64,000 nt of DNA, from positions 177,835-241,834 of the forward strand of contig CAWCTR010000008.1 in the NCBI GenBank assembly GCA_963798485.1, written 5' to 3'. The translations under genes were made by a program, and so were the position numbers. The notes beneath the pieces are model-generated. The model was not told the origin of the DNA. It made no database searches and was given only the letters and a program-made list of their open reading frames with translations. Positions 1 through 9,143 of this stretch are shown here, in pieces. The stretch is from an uncultured delta proteobacterium. Its GTDB lineage: Bacteria > Desulfobacterota > Desulfomonilia > UBA1062. How positions within the stretch are numbered: position 1 is the first letter of the stretch; every line of letters starts with the position of its first letter.

Positions 1-2
1 TT

Positions 3-497
3 GGAGCAGGTGCCAGACATCTGACGCTTGATGCTGTTGCATCAAAAGCAGGCATAAGTAGGGGTGGTCTGCTCTACCATTTTCATGACAAAGAAGCTCT
101 GCTCAGTGAGATGCTGCACAGGCGAAAGAAGCATCTAGACGAAAGCAGAAGGAAAAGGCGAGTCAAGACCCCGGCAGGGCCGGAGTGTGAGGCCGTCGTC
201 TATATACTCTCATTGCTCGATGAGGATCACGGCATAGATAAGGATGTTTCGGCTGCCCTTGTTGCCTCGGGTGCGCATGATCCGGAACTCCTTGCGCCGG
301 CCCGCGAAGATTTCCATCAGATTATCGCTGACCTCACTAAGGATGGGCTCAGCTTTGAGCGGGCTGCGGTTATTATGTTGGCAGCTAATGGGCTAAGACT
401 TTGGGAAGTGCTGTCTATGTCTCCCTTCAATGCAAAAGAGCGCCGAAGAATTATCGAGGAGTTGCTGGCTCTCGCCGTAGTGGACAAAGGGGCATGA
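3..497 (+). CDS. TetR/AcrR family transcriptional regulator (5' end outside window)
   Basis: Frame is open upstream of ORF 111..497 and reads GARHLTLDAVASKAGISRGGLLYHFHDKEALL, a TetR HTH signature. Confidence 0.88.
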   Translation, partial: GAGARHLTLDAVASKAGISRGGLLYHFHDKEALLSEMLHRRKKHLDESRRKRRVKTPAGPECEAVVYILSLLDEDHGIDKDVSAALVASGAHDPELLAPAREDFHQIIADLTKDGLSFERAAVIMLAANGLRLWEVLSMSPFNAKERRRIIEELLALAVVDKGA

Positions 498-1090
498 AGA
501 AGGGTGAGCTCAAGCCAATAGATAACCTCGACCTTGCATCGCATAGTATCACGATCTCTATAGTGGGCTGTAATTATCTTTCAGTGTCTTATATACGACA
601 TGAACACATCCGGGAAGCGATCAGGATCTCTCAATCTTGTTACCTCAAAGTGTAGATTTCCGTAATAAACCTCGGTCTTAAGATGCCTGGAAACCGTAGA
701 TTATGATCAGGACTATTCATATTAGCTAAAGCGATGATTATGCATTATAATCATCACGTCCATGCATACAAACTCGACCAAGAGATTATGAAACATAATC
801 TCTCATTGCTAATCATGTCACAAGATCGGCTACCGGAGATCTTTCTCGGGTTGCTTTTTCACGGCTGATTTATGAAATCAGGGGCTTTCCCTGGGGATTA
901 TACCATTTATAGGGCCTGGGATGATATCAGCTTGTTGGCTTTTCCTGACAGCATTGCCTTTCGCTGGACATGATGTCATCGGTTTTTAGGGCCCCGGCAC
1001 ACTTGATGGACTTGTCATCATCAAGGTCTTCCTTTACCACTTTTATTGTGGTGCCTTGGTGGTAAAGATGCAATGGAAACCCCGCTTGTA

Positions 1091-1969
1091 TCACACCGAC
1101 CTTATCCGAGACACAATATCATGGAAGAATTCTCTTGACCATATCGACAGCGCTTCAGGGTCCTTCACAAATGGTGACACCTCAGTTCGTGCCTTGTTGA
1201 TGTCGAGCGAATCTATAGCTGCATGAAGCGCTTGGTAAAACGCTTTGCTTGTTAGTTTTTCTGTGCCATTCCAGTCACCGGTCTGCCGCATTCTCTGCTC
1301 AAGATGTGTAAGGTGAAGCTCTGGATGGTTGGTTATGTACCATACAAGGTCGTACCAGTCTCTTCCCTTAACCCGTGTCTTCCACCTCCGACACAGCACT
1401 GCATGCATCTTCCCTGCGAACAAATCCGATAATACAAGCACCCTTATGGAAAATGGAATGGGGGCCAGAATGTACTTTGTTTCGGTAGAAAAATGAGGAG
1501 GAGGGTTTGTATCGACCTCCAGTTTGATCTTAAGTAATTGTCCTTTGGGGATTTCACGGAGTATCTCTTCACCAATTTCGATAACAAGCATCTGGCTAAA
1601 GGTCTCTGCCTTGAGAAATGCGGATTGCACAGGGCGCCTAACAGCCCTGTTTTTCTGCTCAAGATGCATATCAAACCCGAATGCCTGGAGCTCTTTTTCC
1701 AGGGATGAACCGAAAGAACCGAGATCAAAATCACCCATAGGCTCTAGAAGGGTGAAGTCAAGGTCTTCCGAGAACCTGTCAAGTCCATAGAGGATTCTCA
1801 AGGCCGTTCCTCCATAGAATGCAGCCTTATCAAAAAACTTGCTCCGCCACAGACCGAGCAGGGCAATCTCCTGGATGATCTCCCGTAAGGCCTTGATATA
1901 ATCCTCAAGCCTGGTACATGGGTACTTCTGCATCATCTGAGTCACTGCTTCATGCATGGCCTGCCTCAC
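1091..1969 (-). CDS. abiEii: AbiEii-family nucleotidyltransferase toxin (type IV TA)
   Basis: FYGGTALRILYGLDRFSEDLDF motif, KIKLEVD, K...R.KGRDWYDL; overlaps the upstream antitoxin gene. Confidence 0.9.
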   Translation of the reverse strand: MRQAMHEAVTQMMQKYPCTRLEDYIKALREIIQEIALLGLWRSKFFDKAAFYGGTALRILYGLDRFSEDLDFTLLEPMGDFDLGSFGSSLEKELQAFGFDMHLEQKNRAVRRPVQSAFLKAETFSQMLVIEIGEEILREIPKGQLLKIKLEVDTNPPPHFSTETKYILAPIPFSIRVLVLSDLFAGKMHAVLCRRWKTRVKGRDWYDLVWYITNHPELHLTHLEQRMRQTGDWNGTEKLTSKAFYQALHAAIDSLDINKARTEVSPFVKDPEALSIWSREFFHDIVSRIRSV

Positions 1970-2613
1970 TCTCTTGTCTTTCGAATCTTTTGGAGAAGAT
2001 TGCTCAGGACACGTAACTTGGATGACCGGTAACGCTCTGCAAACTCGAAGGCTTGGCCGATATCAAGCCTGCCTAAGAGATCGGGGTCGATACGAAGATT
2101 CTCAAACAGGTATTCCTCAAGCCCCTTGAGCGTTCTCATATCTGCACCACGCTCAATGAATATTTTATCAACAAGGGCCTTTTCCGGTGTGGCGATGAGG
2201 AACGCCCCTCCATCATCCAGCTCGATTCTCGTCATACCTGGTTGGAAGGCGGGCAGGGGGATCATGCGATACGTGAACAGCCCCACAGGTGTGGTGAAGG
2301 TCCTCGACCGTCCCGTTGTAACCGATGTGAGAGATTCGACTCGTTCCGGAATCAGACCGTGATAAGACAGGGCATATTCAAGAGAGATATACGAGGGACC
2401 ATAGATAAGGTTAGCAAGAATCTCCCGCGAGTATGGCCTCTTCCTGTAATCCTGCCCAAAGATGTACAAACCCTTCTTGACCCTGATGATCTGTTTTTTT
2501 CTCATGAGATCGGTAATCTTGTCCCTGGGGCGTGAGTATGCCTTAAGGCAGGTCATGAGCACCTGATAGTCAAACTCCTCCCGGTTGATAGCCTTCCTGA
2601 TTTGTTCAATCAT
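1966..2613 (-). CDS. abiEi: AbiEi-family antitoxin / transcriptional regulator
   Basis: IIRVKKGLY wHTH, PSYISLEYALSYHGLIPE and IATPEKAL motifs; directly upstream of AbiEii. Confidence 0.88.
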   Translation of the reverse strand: MIEQIRKAINREEFDYQVLMTCLKAYSRPRDKITDLMRKKQIIRVKKGLYIFGQDYRKRPYSREILANLIYGPSYISLEYALSYHGLIPERVESLTSVTTGRSRTFTTPVGLFTYRMIPLPAFQPGMTRIELDDGGAFLIATPEKALVDKIFIERGADMRTLKGLEEYLFENLRIDPDLLGRLDIGQAFEFAERYRSSKLRVLSNLLQKIRKTRE

Positions 2614-2747
2614 TGATGATATCTTTCCTCCTTCCCTCGCAGGTCATATCAGTATTGAACAAGATGCCCATTGGACTATGCTTCTCTTCCTCACATGGAG
2701 TAAGCTCTTTGTGACCTGAGAAATCTTGACCTTTTCCCCATTATCAT

Positions 2748-2792
2748 TTTCTGCATAGTATGTCGACATTTTATCGACATACTATGCAGAAA
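2748..2792. promoter_or_regulatory. Perfect 19-bp inverted repeat, likely AbiEi autoregulatory operator
   Basis: tttctgcatagtatgtcga-N7-tcgacatactatgcagaaa about 135 bp upstream of abiEi; minus-strand TTGAAA (2798-2793) and TAAAAT (2773-2768) overlap or flank it. Confidence 0.7.
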
Positions 2793-2924
2793 TTTCAAGA
2801 TGTCCCTGATTGCTATGCTGAGATCAACAGACAATTCTTAGATCCTATGGTGCTTACCTCGGAGATTTTTTATTGTAATTATTGTTCCTAACATCGCCAT
2901 TATTTGTGTAAAACGTGTGTAGCA

Positions 2925-3066
2925 AGATTATAACACATTATAATCATATCTAAAAAACTCTATAACGGGGGGTCGATTCCCCCCGCCTCCACCACTTGTA
3001 CAGATTATAACACTTTATAATCACTATCTAAAAAACTCTATAACGGGGGTTCGATTCCCCCCGCCT
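2925..3066 (+). mobile_element. Tandem duplicated att-like site containing a tmRNA (ssrA)/tRNA-like 3' end
   Basis: Two near-identical units 77 bp apart (2925-2994, 3002-3066), each an AT-rich ~40-bp arm followed by acggggg(g/t)tcgattccccccgcct; copy 1 ends in ccacca. Confidence 0.7.
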
Positions 3067-3067
3067 T

Positions 3068-3211
3068 CTCGATGCATCCTGATATACCCTTGGTGTGCCT
3101 GAAGAATGCAACTCCGGAGAGCGCGGGGTACTTGGCCTGGCACTCTCGCCACTCGGCTATGTGGTCTGGGTGTAGCCGGATCATCTTGAACTCGTTTTTC
3201 TGGTTCATCAT
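3068..3211 (-). pseudogene. Possible tyrosine integrase fragment
   Basis: Reads MMNQKNEFKMIRLHPDHIAEWRECQAKYPALSGVAFFRHTKGISGC and runs into the att copy; resemblance to an internal segment of phage integrases is from recollection only. Confidence 0.3.
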
Positions 3212-3268
3212 CGCACTTTTTTTGCAGATCTAACGTATAGCCAGTTTGGAGCATGCCAATGCTTCCTT

Positions 3269-4558
3269 CTAAAGTGTTCCCATGGAGGCACGCAAGGCTG
3301 CCATGGCCCTGGCATGATCAACTCGCGCCATTATGTAGTTGTTTTTCGCCCTGACAAGAAGAGTTTGCGCCCTGAGCACATCATCAGTAGTGGCTACCTG
3401 AAGGTTGTAACTGTCTTTTTCTATCCTTGCGAATTCTTCTGCCTGGGCAATGGCCTTTTCGGCGACCTTTAAACGGGCCTGGGCCTCCTCTATATTGAGG
3501 TAAGAGTTTTTGACCTCAAGGGTAACCTGGTTTTTCAGGCTTTCTAAAAGGAACCCTGCCTTGGCGTTCATATATTGGGACTTGTTGTAATTCCAATAAC
3601 CCGAGCCTCCGGAAAAAAGATTCCAGGTTAGCCCGATCCCGGCCTTCCATGTGTCATATTTGAGAGTTGGATCATACCCTGCCTGATTCTCATAGCCATA
3701 TGTCGCGGCCACACTCGGCATGAATGCAGACTTTGCAATAGTAATCCCCTTGGTGGAATTGTCTACCTGGAGCTTCGCTGTTTTGATCTCCTGCCTGTTT
3801 TCCATAGCAGTGACAAGTGATTGGTCAAAGGTGATTTCCAGCTTGTTCACGGGTATCTCCGAGTCTATGTTCACATCATCAATAAGGTTTCTTTGCAGGA
3901 GAATGTTCATGTTCGATTCTGCAATTTTCACTGCATTTTCAGCGGTGATAAGGAGCTCTTCACTCTCTGCATATTGCACCTGTGCTTCCAACAAGTCGTT
4001 TTTTGGAATCATGCCCTCGTTGAAGAAGGCAGAGGCAACATCAAGATGGCTTTTGACGGAAGATACATTACTTTTAGCCACTTCATGTTGCTGTCTGGCC
4101 TTGATAACCCCATAGTAAGCATCAATGGCTATAAGCTTGAGGTCACGGATGTACTTCTCCCTCTCGATCTCGGCAGAGAACTGGTCGTTCTTTGCAATGA
4201 GGTAGCTGTTGTACAAGGCCCCCCCGGCAAAGAGTACCTGCTTGGCCTCGATATCCATATCGTAATTTCCCTTCTGGTTGAAGGGGAGCGGGCCTATCGG
4301 TGGAGGGAATGGCAATATCTCAAGCTGGCTGAATCTCATATACCCGTATGTGGCGTCCAACGAAGGGAGCATCTTGGAGAACTGGGACTTTTTGTCCATA
4401 TCCTTCACGAGAACATCCTGGTCCTGGGCCTTAACGCCGGGGTTGCGCTCAATGACCATCTTAATGGAATCTTCGAGCGTCATGTAATCGGATGCATACC
4501 CGCTGAGTGCCCCCAAGAAGAAAAACCCGATCATGGTTAAAAAGATAATTTTCCTCAC
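3269..4558 (-). CDS. TolC-family outer membrane efflux protein
   Basis: Signal peptide, TLEDSIKMVIERNP, two OEP halves (LPSLD..., FMPSV...LTWNLFSG), 429 aa. Confidence 0.9.
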   Translation of the reverse strand: MRKIIFLTMIGFFFLGALSGYASDYMTLEDSIKMVIERNPGVKAQDQDVLVKDMDKKSQFSKMLPSLDATYGYMRFSQLEILPFPPPIGPLPFNQKGNYDMDIEAKQVLFAGGALYNSYLIAKNDQFSAEIEREKYIRDLKLIAIDAYYGVIKARQQHEVAKSNVSSVKSHLDVASAFFNEGMIPKNDLLEAQVQYAESEELLITAENAVKIAESNMNILLQRNLIDDVNIDSEIPVNKLEITFDQSLVTAMENRQEIKTAKLQVDNSTKGITIAKSAFMPSVAATYGYENQAGYDPTLKYDTWKAGIGLTWNLFSGGSGYWNYNKSQYMNAKAGFLLESLKNQVTLEVKNSYLNIEEAQARLKVAEKAIAQAEEFARIEKDSYNLQVATTDDVLRAQTLLVRAKNNYIMARVDHARAMAALRASMGTL

Positions 4559-4965
4559 GGTAATAACCTCCCTAGAAATTCGTCCAAAATGCCTGCAGTG
4601 AATTCTGCCGGTGCCTTTTCCGGTATGCCCAGGAAGTAGGTCTGGGCAATGGTAATGGTATGGATGATCCCGAGCAGCATCATGGATTTCAGCTCTGGAT
4701 CGAAGCGTTCACCCTTCCAGGACTTCTTTTTTACCAGAAGATTCTTGAGTGAGCTCATGAACTCGTCGAGCTCCTGTTTGATCACCTCGACAAAGAGGCT
4801 CTGCTTGCTAGGAAAAAATTGGTAGAGTGTCCCGACTCCGAACTCGGCCTTTGCGGCTATTTGGGCCATGGTGGTATTGAAAAAACCTTCCTTTTCAAAG
4901 ACGACACGTGCTGCATCGAAGATGGTATCTTTTTTTAGAGCCAGTTCCCTTTCTTTCCTGGACAT
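4555..4965 (-). CDS. TetR family regulator (short, possibly internally deleted)
   Basis: MSRKERE...IFDAARVVFEKEGFFNTTMAQIAAKAEFGVGTLYQFFPSK HTH; only ~136 aa; overlaps the tolC start. Confidence 0.8.
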   Translation of the reverse strand: MSRKERELALKKDTIFDAARVVFEKEGFFNTTMAQIAAKAEFGVGTLYQFFPSKQSLFVEVIKQELDEFMSSLKNLLVKKKSWKGERFDPELKSMMLLGIIHTITIAQTYFLGIPEKAPAEFTAGILDEFLGRLLP

Positions 4966-5210
4966 GGCCTGGGAATCTTTATTCAGATTGTGAACCATTA
5001 TTCGCAAGTAAAACAATGATCTCTACTAGTCAAGTACCTTATATCCGTTAATTTCGTTGGGTGCCATACCCAGAGCCGGCCTGATTTCATCATAGATTAT
5101 ATTATCAGACTTCCGTCACTTTCACCCCGAAACGATCCAGATGGTGCCACTATCGGAGCTCGTACTCTTTATTAGTCTTTTTCAATCTCCGACCAGACCG
5201 AAGCCCGGTG

Positions 5211-6545
5211 CTAATCCCAAGAAACGGAATAGACTTGGGCATCATGAGTGCCTCCGCCCGCCAGGTCGGTGCGGGCGGTGCCGGTCCAGTAGCAGGGTAT
5301 GTCCTTCGTGCCGTCAGAGTAGCTCCCGGCCGTGTAGACCTTGCCGCCGGACACGGCTATTGAACTGGCATGGGCGTTATACGTCCCGTCGCCCGCCAGG
5401 TCGGTGCGGGTAGTGCCGGTCCAGTAGCAGGGGATGTCCTTCGTGCCGTCAGAGTAGTACCCTGCAGTATATACCGTGCCGCCGGATACGGCTATTGAAT
5501 CGGCATAGCCGGCGTACGTGCTGCCGCCAGCAAGATCGGTGCGGGTAGTGCCGGTCCAGTAGCAAGGTCTGTCCTTCGCGCCGTCATTGTAGTACCCGGC
5601 CGTGTAGACCGTGCCGCCGGACACGGCTATTGAAAAGGGATAGCCGTCATACGTGCCGTCTCCCGGCAGATCGGTGCGGGTGGTGCCTGTCCAGTAGCAG
5701 GGTATGTCCTCCGTGCCGTCTGAGTAGCTCCCGGCCGTGTAGACCGTGCCGCCGGATACGGCTATTGAACTGGCATGGGCGCTATCTGTGCCGTCTCCCG
5801 GCAGATCGGTGCGGGTGGTGCCTGTCCAGTAGCAGGGTATGTCCTTCGCGCCGTCAGAGTAGTACCCTGCAGTATATACCGTGCCGCCGGACACGGTTAT
5901 TGAATTGGCATAGCCGCCATACGTACCGTCTCCCGGTAGATCGGTGCGGATGGCGCCGGTCCAGTAGCAGGGTATGTGCTTCGTGCCATCAGAGTAGTAT
6001 CCTGCCGTATAGACCGTATTGCTTGACACGTCTATTGAAGAGGCATAGGCGTCATGAATGCCGTCTCCCGGCAGATCGGTGCGGGCGGTGCCGGTCCAGT
6101 AGCAGGCTATGTCCTTCGTGCCGTCATTGTAGTACCCGGCAAATGCGGGTAAACTTACAGGTACGGTGAAGGTGGTTGAAGACGTTGCACTGTTACCCGT
6201 CACGCTGACTGTTATCGGCCCGGTTGTCGCGCCCTCAGGGACGGTAGTGACGATCTGGGTTGATGTGCAATTGGATACAACGGCGGCTGTCCCGTTAAAA
6301 CTCACGGTATTGTTAGTCCAGGCTGTGCTGAAGTTTGTTCCCGTGATGGTTACGGTGTCGCCGACTTGACCACTCGTAGGCGTAAAGCTGGTGATCGTGA
6401 GGGATGATCCCGTCGTAGCACTGCCGCCACCATCTCCTCCACAACCAACAAAGAGTGAAATGATAGAAAGGACTACAACGAATCGAAAAACACCCGAGAT
6501 CCTTACGTAGCACATAGAAATGCTCCTCTTGTAGAAATTTGGCAC
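5211..6545 (-). CDS. Lipoprotein with IPT/TIG domain and 7 x 45-aa repeat beta-propeller
   Basis: Lipobox LFVGC + GGDGGG; ITSFTPTSGQVGDTVTITGTNF IPT domain; seven AGYYSDGTKDIPCYWTGTTRTDL repeats. Confidence 0.85.
   Translation of the reverse strand: MPNFYKRSISMCYVRISGVFRFVVVLSIISLFVGCGGDGGGSATTGSSLTITSFTPTSGQVGDTVTITGTNFSTAWTNNTVSFNGTAAVVSNCTSTQIVTTVPEGATTGPITVSVTGNSATSSTTFTVPVSLPAFAGYYNDGTKDIACYWTGTARTDLPGDGIHDAYASSIDVSSNTVYTAGYYSDGTKHIPCYWTGAIRTDLPGDGTYGGYANSITVSGGTVYTAGYYSDGAKDIPCYWTGTTRTDLPGDGTDSAHASSIAVSGGTVYTAGSYSDGTEDIPCYWTGTTRTDLPGDGTYDGYPFSIAVSGGTVYTAGYYNDGAKDRPCYWTGTTRTDLAGGSTYAGYADSIAVSGGTVYTAGYYSDGTKDIPCYWTGTTRTDLAGDGTYNAHASSIAVSGGKVYTAGSYSDGTKDIPCYWTGTARTDLAGGGTHDAQVYSVSWD
5220..6142 (-). 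repeat. Seven tandem 135-bp intragenic repeats
   Basis: gtccagtagcagg recurs every 135 bp from about 5284 to 6094. Confidence 0.9.
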
Positions 6546-6620
6546 ATCATCCGTGGGAGAGTCAACCAGGTAATGGGCTACACCTGCGGATACGTTGATC
6601 CAGGTATCGACCGCTTAAGA

Positions 6621-7241
6621 CTACTGAACCGTCACGATAACCGAGTCTTGCGCTGTTTCTTCACTGCCGTCGGTCGCAGTGAGCGTCACTGTATAAGTAC
6701 CGGCAGTGCTGAATATTATTGAGCCTGGATTCTGTGCGGTGCTGTTTGTTGCACCACCATCAAAGTCCCACTGATAGATGTATGGGCTTGTCCCACTAAA
6801 CACCGTACCCTGGAAATTCACCGACTGTCCAGCAGAAATCGTTACATTCCCGAGGGGTGAGGTTATGCTTACTGTATATGCCGTAGAAGGCTGAACGATC
6901 ACGATAACCGAGGCTTGCGCTGTTTCTCCATCGCTGTCGGTCACCGTGAGAGTCACCGTATAAGTTCCGGCAGTGCTGCTGAATACTATTGAGCCAGGAT
7001 TCTGCACGGTGCTGTTGGTCGCCCCTCCGTCAAAGTCCCACTGGAAGGTATACGGGCTTGTGCCATTGGATACCGAGCATTCGAAATCCACCGGCTGTCC
7101 CGCAGAAATCGTTTTATTTCCTGAGAGTGAGGTTATATTCACTGTTAGGTTATCCTGCACGCTCCCGCACCCTGTAATAAGCATTACGGTGGAGAAAATA
7201 CCGATTGCCCGTGTGATCATTGATAGTCTTGCTTTATCCAT
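6621..7241 (-). CDS. Lipoprotein with two PKD domains
   Basis: Lipobox LITGC; two copies of PYxxQWDFDGG...AGTYTVTLTxTD. Confidence 0.88.
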   Translation of the reverse strand: MDKARLSMITRAIGIFSTVMLITGCGSVQDNLTVNITSLSGNKTISAGQPVDFECSVSNGTSPYTFQWDFDGGATNSTVQNPGSIVFSSTAGTYTVTLTVTDSDGETAQASVIVIVQPSTAYTVSITSPLGNVTISAGQSVNFQGTVFSGTSPYIYQWDFDGGATNSTAQNPGSIIFSTAGTYTVTLTATDGSEETAQDSVIVTVQ

Positions 7242-7404
7242 TGATTATACCCCATAGGTACAAAACAGTTTTCATATCTTAATATTATAAGATCATCAAT
7301 ACCAGAAATAAACCCTGTGTCGATGGAATATTTCATGGTTTCTCGCTATAAAGATCTTATTCATCAACGATGTTAACGACATGTTAACGGCAAGAGGTTA
7401 TCTC

Positions 7405-7926
7405 TTAGAGTTCCTTAGGCTCATGACGGAATTCTTTACCCTGGTGCGAATGCCGTTTTCCCCTCATCTCATGAAACGTGGTCATAAGCCGGTGAAAACG
7501 ATCCGGGCCAAGGATCTTTCTCATACCAAGCATATATTTGATACGCTCGTTCGAGATCTTCAGCCTGTCCTCTTCGACCACCTTGTTCTGGGCAAGCATG
7601 GATGTCTCATCAGCCGTATCCTTTTCAAGCATATCATGCAGCTTGAAGCGGGCTTTCATGAGAGAGCTCTTGAGATCGATAAGCGTATTACGGTTCTTTA
7701 CGAACAGATCATCCAACGACTGCTTCTCTCCGGCAGTGATACCGAGATCCTTGGACAGCTCTTGAGACTGCCACCACTTGAAATAGTGCATGCCTTGGTG
7801 CATACCGCAATGCATATCCTTTGCTTGGGCTTGTACTGCTCCGAAAAGAATGAATCCTGCCGAACATATTAAAGCCATCATGAACAAAGACGTTTTCATA
7901 GAATTCTTTCCCTGCAATTCTTTCAT
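7405..7926 (-). CDS. Periplasmic Spy/CpxP/ZraP-like (heavy-metal/stress) protein
   Basis: Signal peptide, KWW...LGITAGEKQSL and ILGPDRF (LTxxQ-like motifs), helical, His/Met-rich. Confidence 0.7.
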   Translation of the reverse strand: MKELQGKNSMKTSLFMMALICSAGFILFGAVQAQAKDMHCGMHQGMHYFKWWQSQELSKDLGITAGEKQSLDDLFVKNRNTLIDLKSSLMKARFKLHDMLEKDTADETSMLAQNKVVEEDRLKISNERIKYMLGMRKILGPDRFHRLMTTFHEMRGKRHSHQGKEFRHEPKEL

Positions 7927-8465
7927 AGTGCCTCCTGTGTTTTTCTCTATAGCCGTTTAAGACGTGTGAGATATCCGAAATGTCTACATAAGGAGAATTT
8001 AGAGATTTGCCGGGTTATGAGGGGCCAAGCCTGACACTCTTGTCCGGCCAGCCCCATCGGGGCCGATTATCAACAGCGAATCCTTATTTATTTTATCTCT
8101 TCAAGCCTTTGTATTGATAATGCTCCCGAAAGTATTTGTAGAGGAACTTCCGTTACTCCCAGTACTTGCCGTAGCATTTTGCTGAGAACGATGGTGGTGG
8201 TGATGGACGTGCCCTGTATTTTGTGCATCCTGAGCACTTTGCACAACCTGTTGTTGATAATAGTTGTCGCTCGATGAGATTCCTGAGACGGTTAATCATC
8301 TTGGGATGAATCGATCTTTTGATGTATAGACTTTATCTGAAACTCTATGGGGAAGGTTGGCTGTGCTTGAGGATGGAATTAGTCGTTGGGTTGCCGGATT
8401 ATGGCATGGTACGCCACTCGCATATAGAATACTCTGTGTTACCATTTAAGGAGGAACGAGGTGTC

Positions 8466-8720
8466 ATGAACCAAGATATCGATAATCTCAAATTCTGGCG
8501 GGATCATATGGAAGCTGCGGAGACTAATATGAAGGCTACATTAAGGATGATTGATTCAATACTGGAGATTGTCGAGTCTCCACAGAATATCAAGTCAAGT
8601 CCAGAGCTCTGCAATGATGTTAGGGCCTTGGCGGGCCGTATCCGCTCATCCTTATCAGAACGACTGATAGCCTTGGAGGACTTATTGGGATTTCTGAAGG
8701 AATATGAAATGAAGAAATAA
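8466..8720 (+). CDS. Hypothetical helical protein
   Basis: RBS gaggtg before ATG 8466 inside ORF 8319..8720; 84 aa. Confidence 0.5.
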   Translation: MNQDIDNLKFWRDHMEAAETNMKATLRMIDSILEIVESPQNIKSSPELCNDVRALAGRIRSSLSERLIALEDLLGFLKEYEMKK

Positions 8721-8841
8721 GCGGAGGAAGTATACCCCGGTAAACAGATTCTGTCCTTTATGTAGGTTTTGAGATGTCCCAAAACCGATGATAAGTGATC
8801 TATAGTTTTATTCTGATATCCCATAAGAAATTAAAGTGAGA

Positions 8842-8959
8842 TGTCGGGATATTTTACAGCAGGAAATAGCATACAACTATATAATATATTGAGTTAAAAT
8901 TAACATAAATTACATTTTCGTTACATTCGTACGGCTGATAACTGTCGGAATACTTTACA
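8842..8959 (+). promoter_or_regulatory. Two 17-bp enhancer-like boxes TGTCGG-N5-TTTACA
   Basis: tgtcgggatattttaca (8842-8858) and tgtcggaatactttaca (8943-8959), upstream of a sigma-54 site; TGT-N11-ACA pattern typical of bacterial enhancer-binding proteins. Confidence 0.65.
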
Positions 8960-9022
8960 ACCATCCTGGTATTTCGATTGAATGGAATAATATCTTCAAA
9001 TAATAACAATTGGTTATAAATA

Positions 9023-9037
9023 TGGCACAAATATTGC
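9023..9037 (+). promoter_or_regulatory. Sigma-54 (RpoN) -24/-12 promoter
   Basis: TGGCAC-AAATA-TTGC matches the consensus; upstream of the PEP-CTERM locus. Confidence 0.8.
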
Positions 9038-9143
9038 TGCGGTCTTTTACTGAGAATTCATTTTTGGTTGGATTATGGGATATTTATGAGGGCACGTAAC
9101 CTTTCAATAAATCCTTTAAATAAATTTTAGAAAGAGGGCATGC

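Noticed and set aside
2925-3066. CRISPR array or intact tRNA/tmRNA gene
   Set aside because: Only two units with no unique spacers; only a T-arm/acceptor 3' half is present, with no D-arm, anticodon arm or tag reading frame.
5220-6142. CRISPR-like or DGR template/variable repeats
   Set aside because: Repeats are contiguous, in-frame 135-bp coding units; differences are not adenine-restricted and no reverse transcriptase or cas gene is present.
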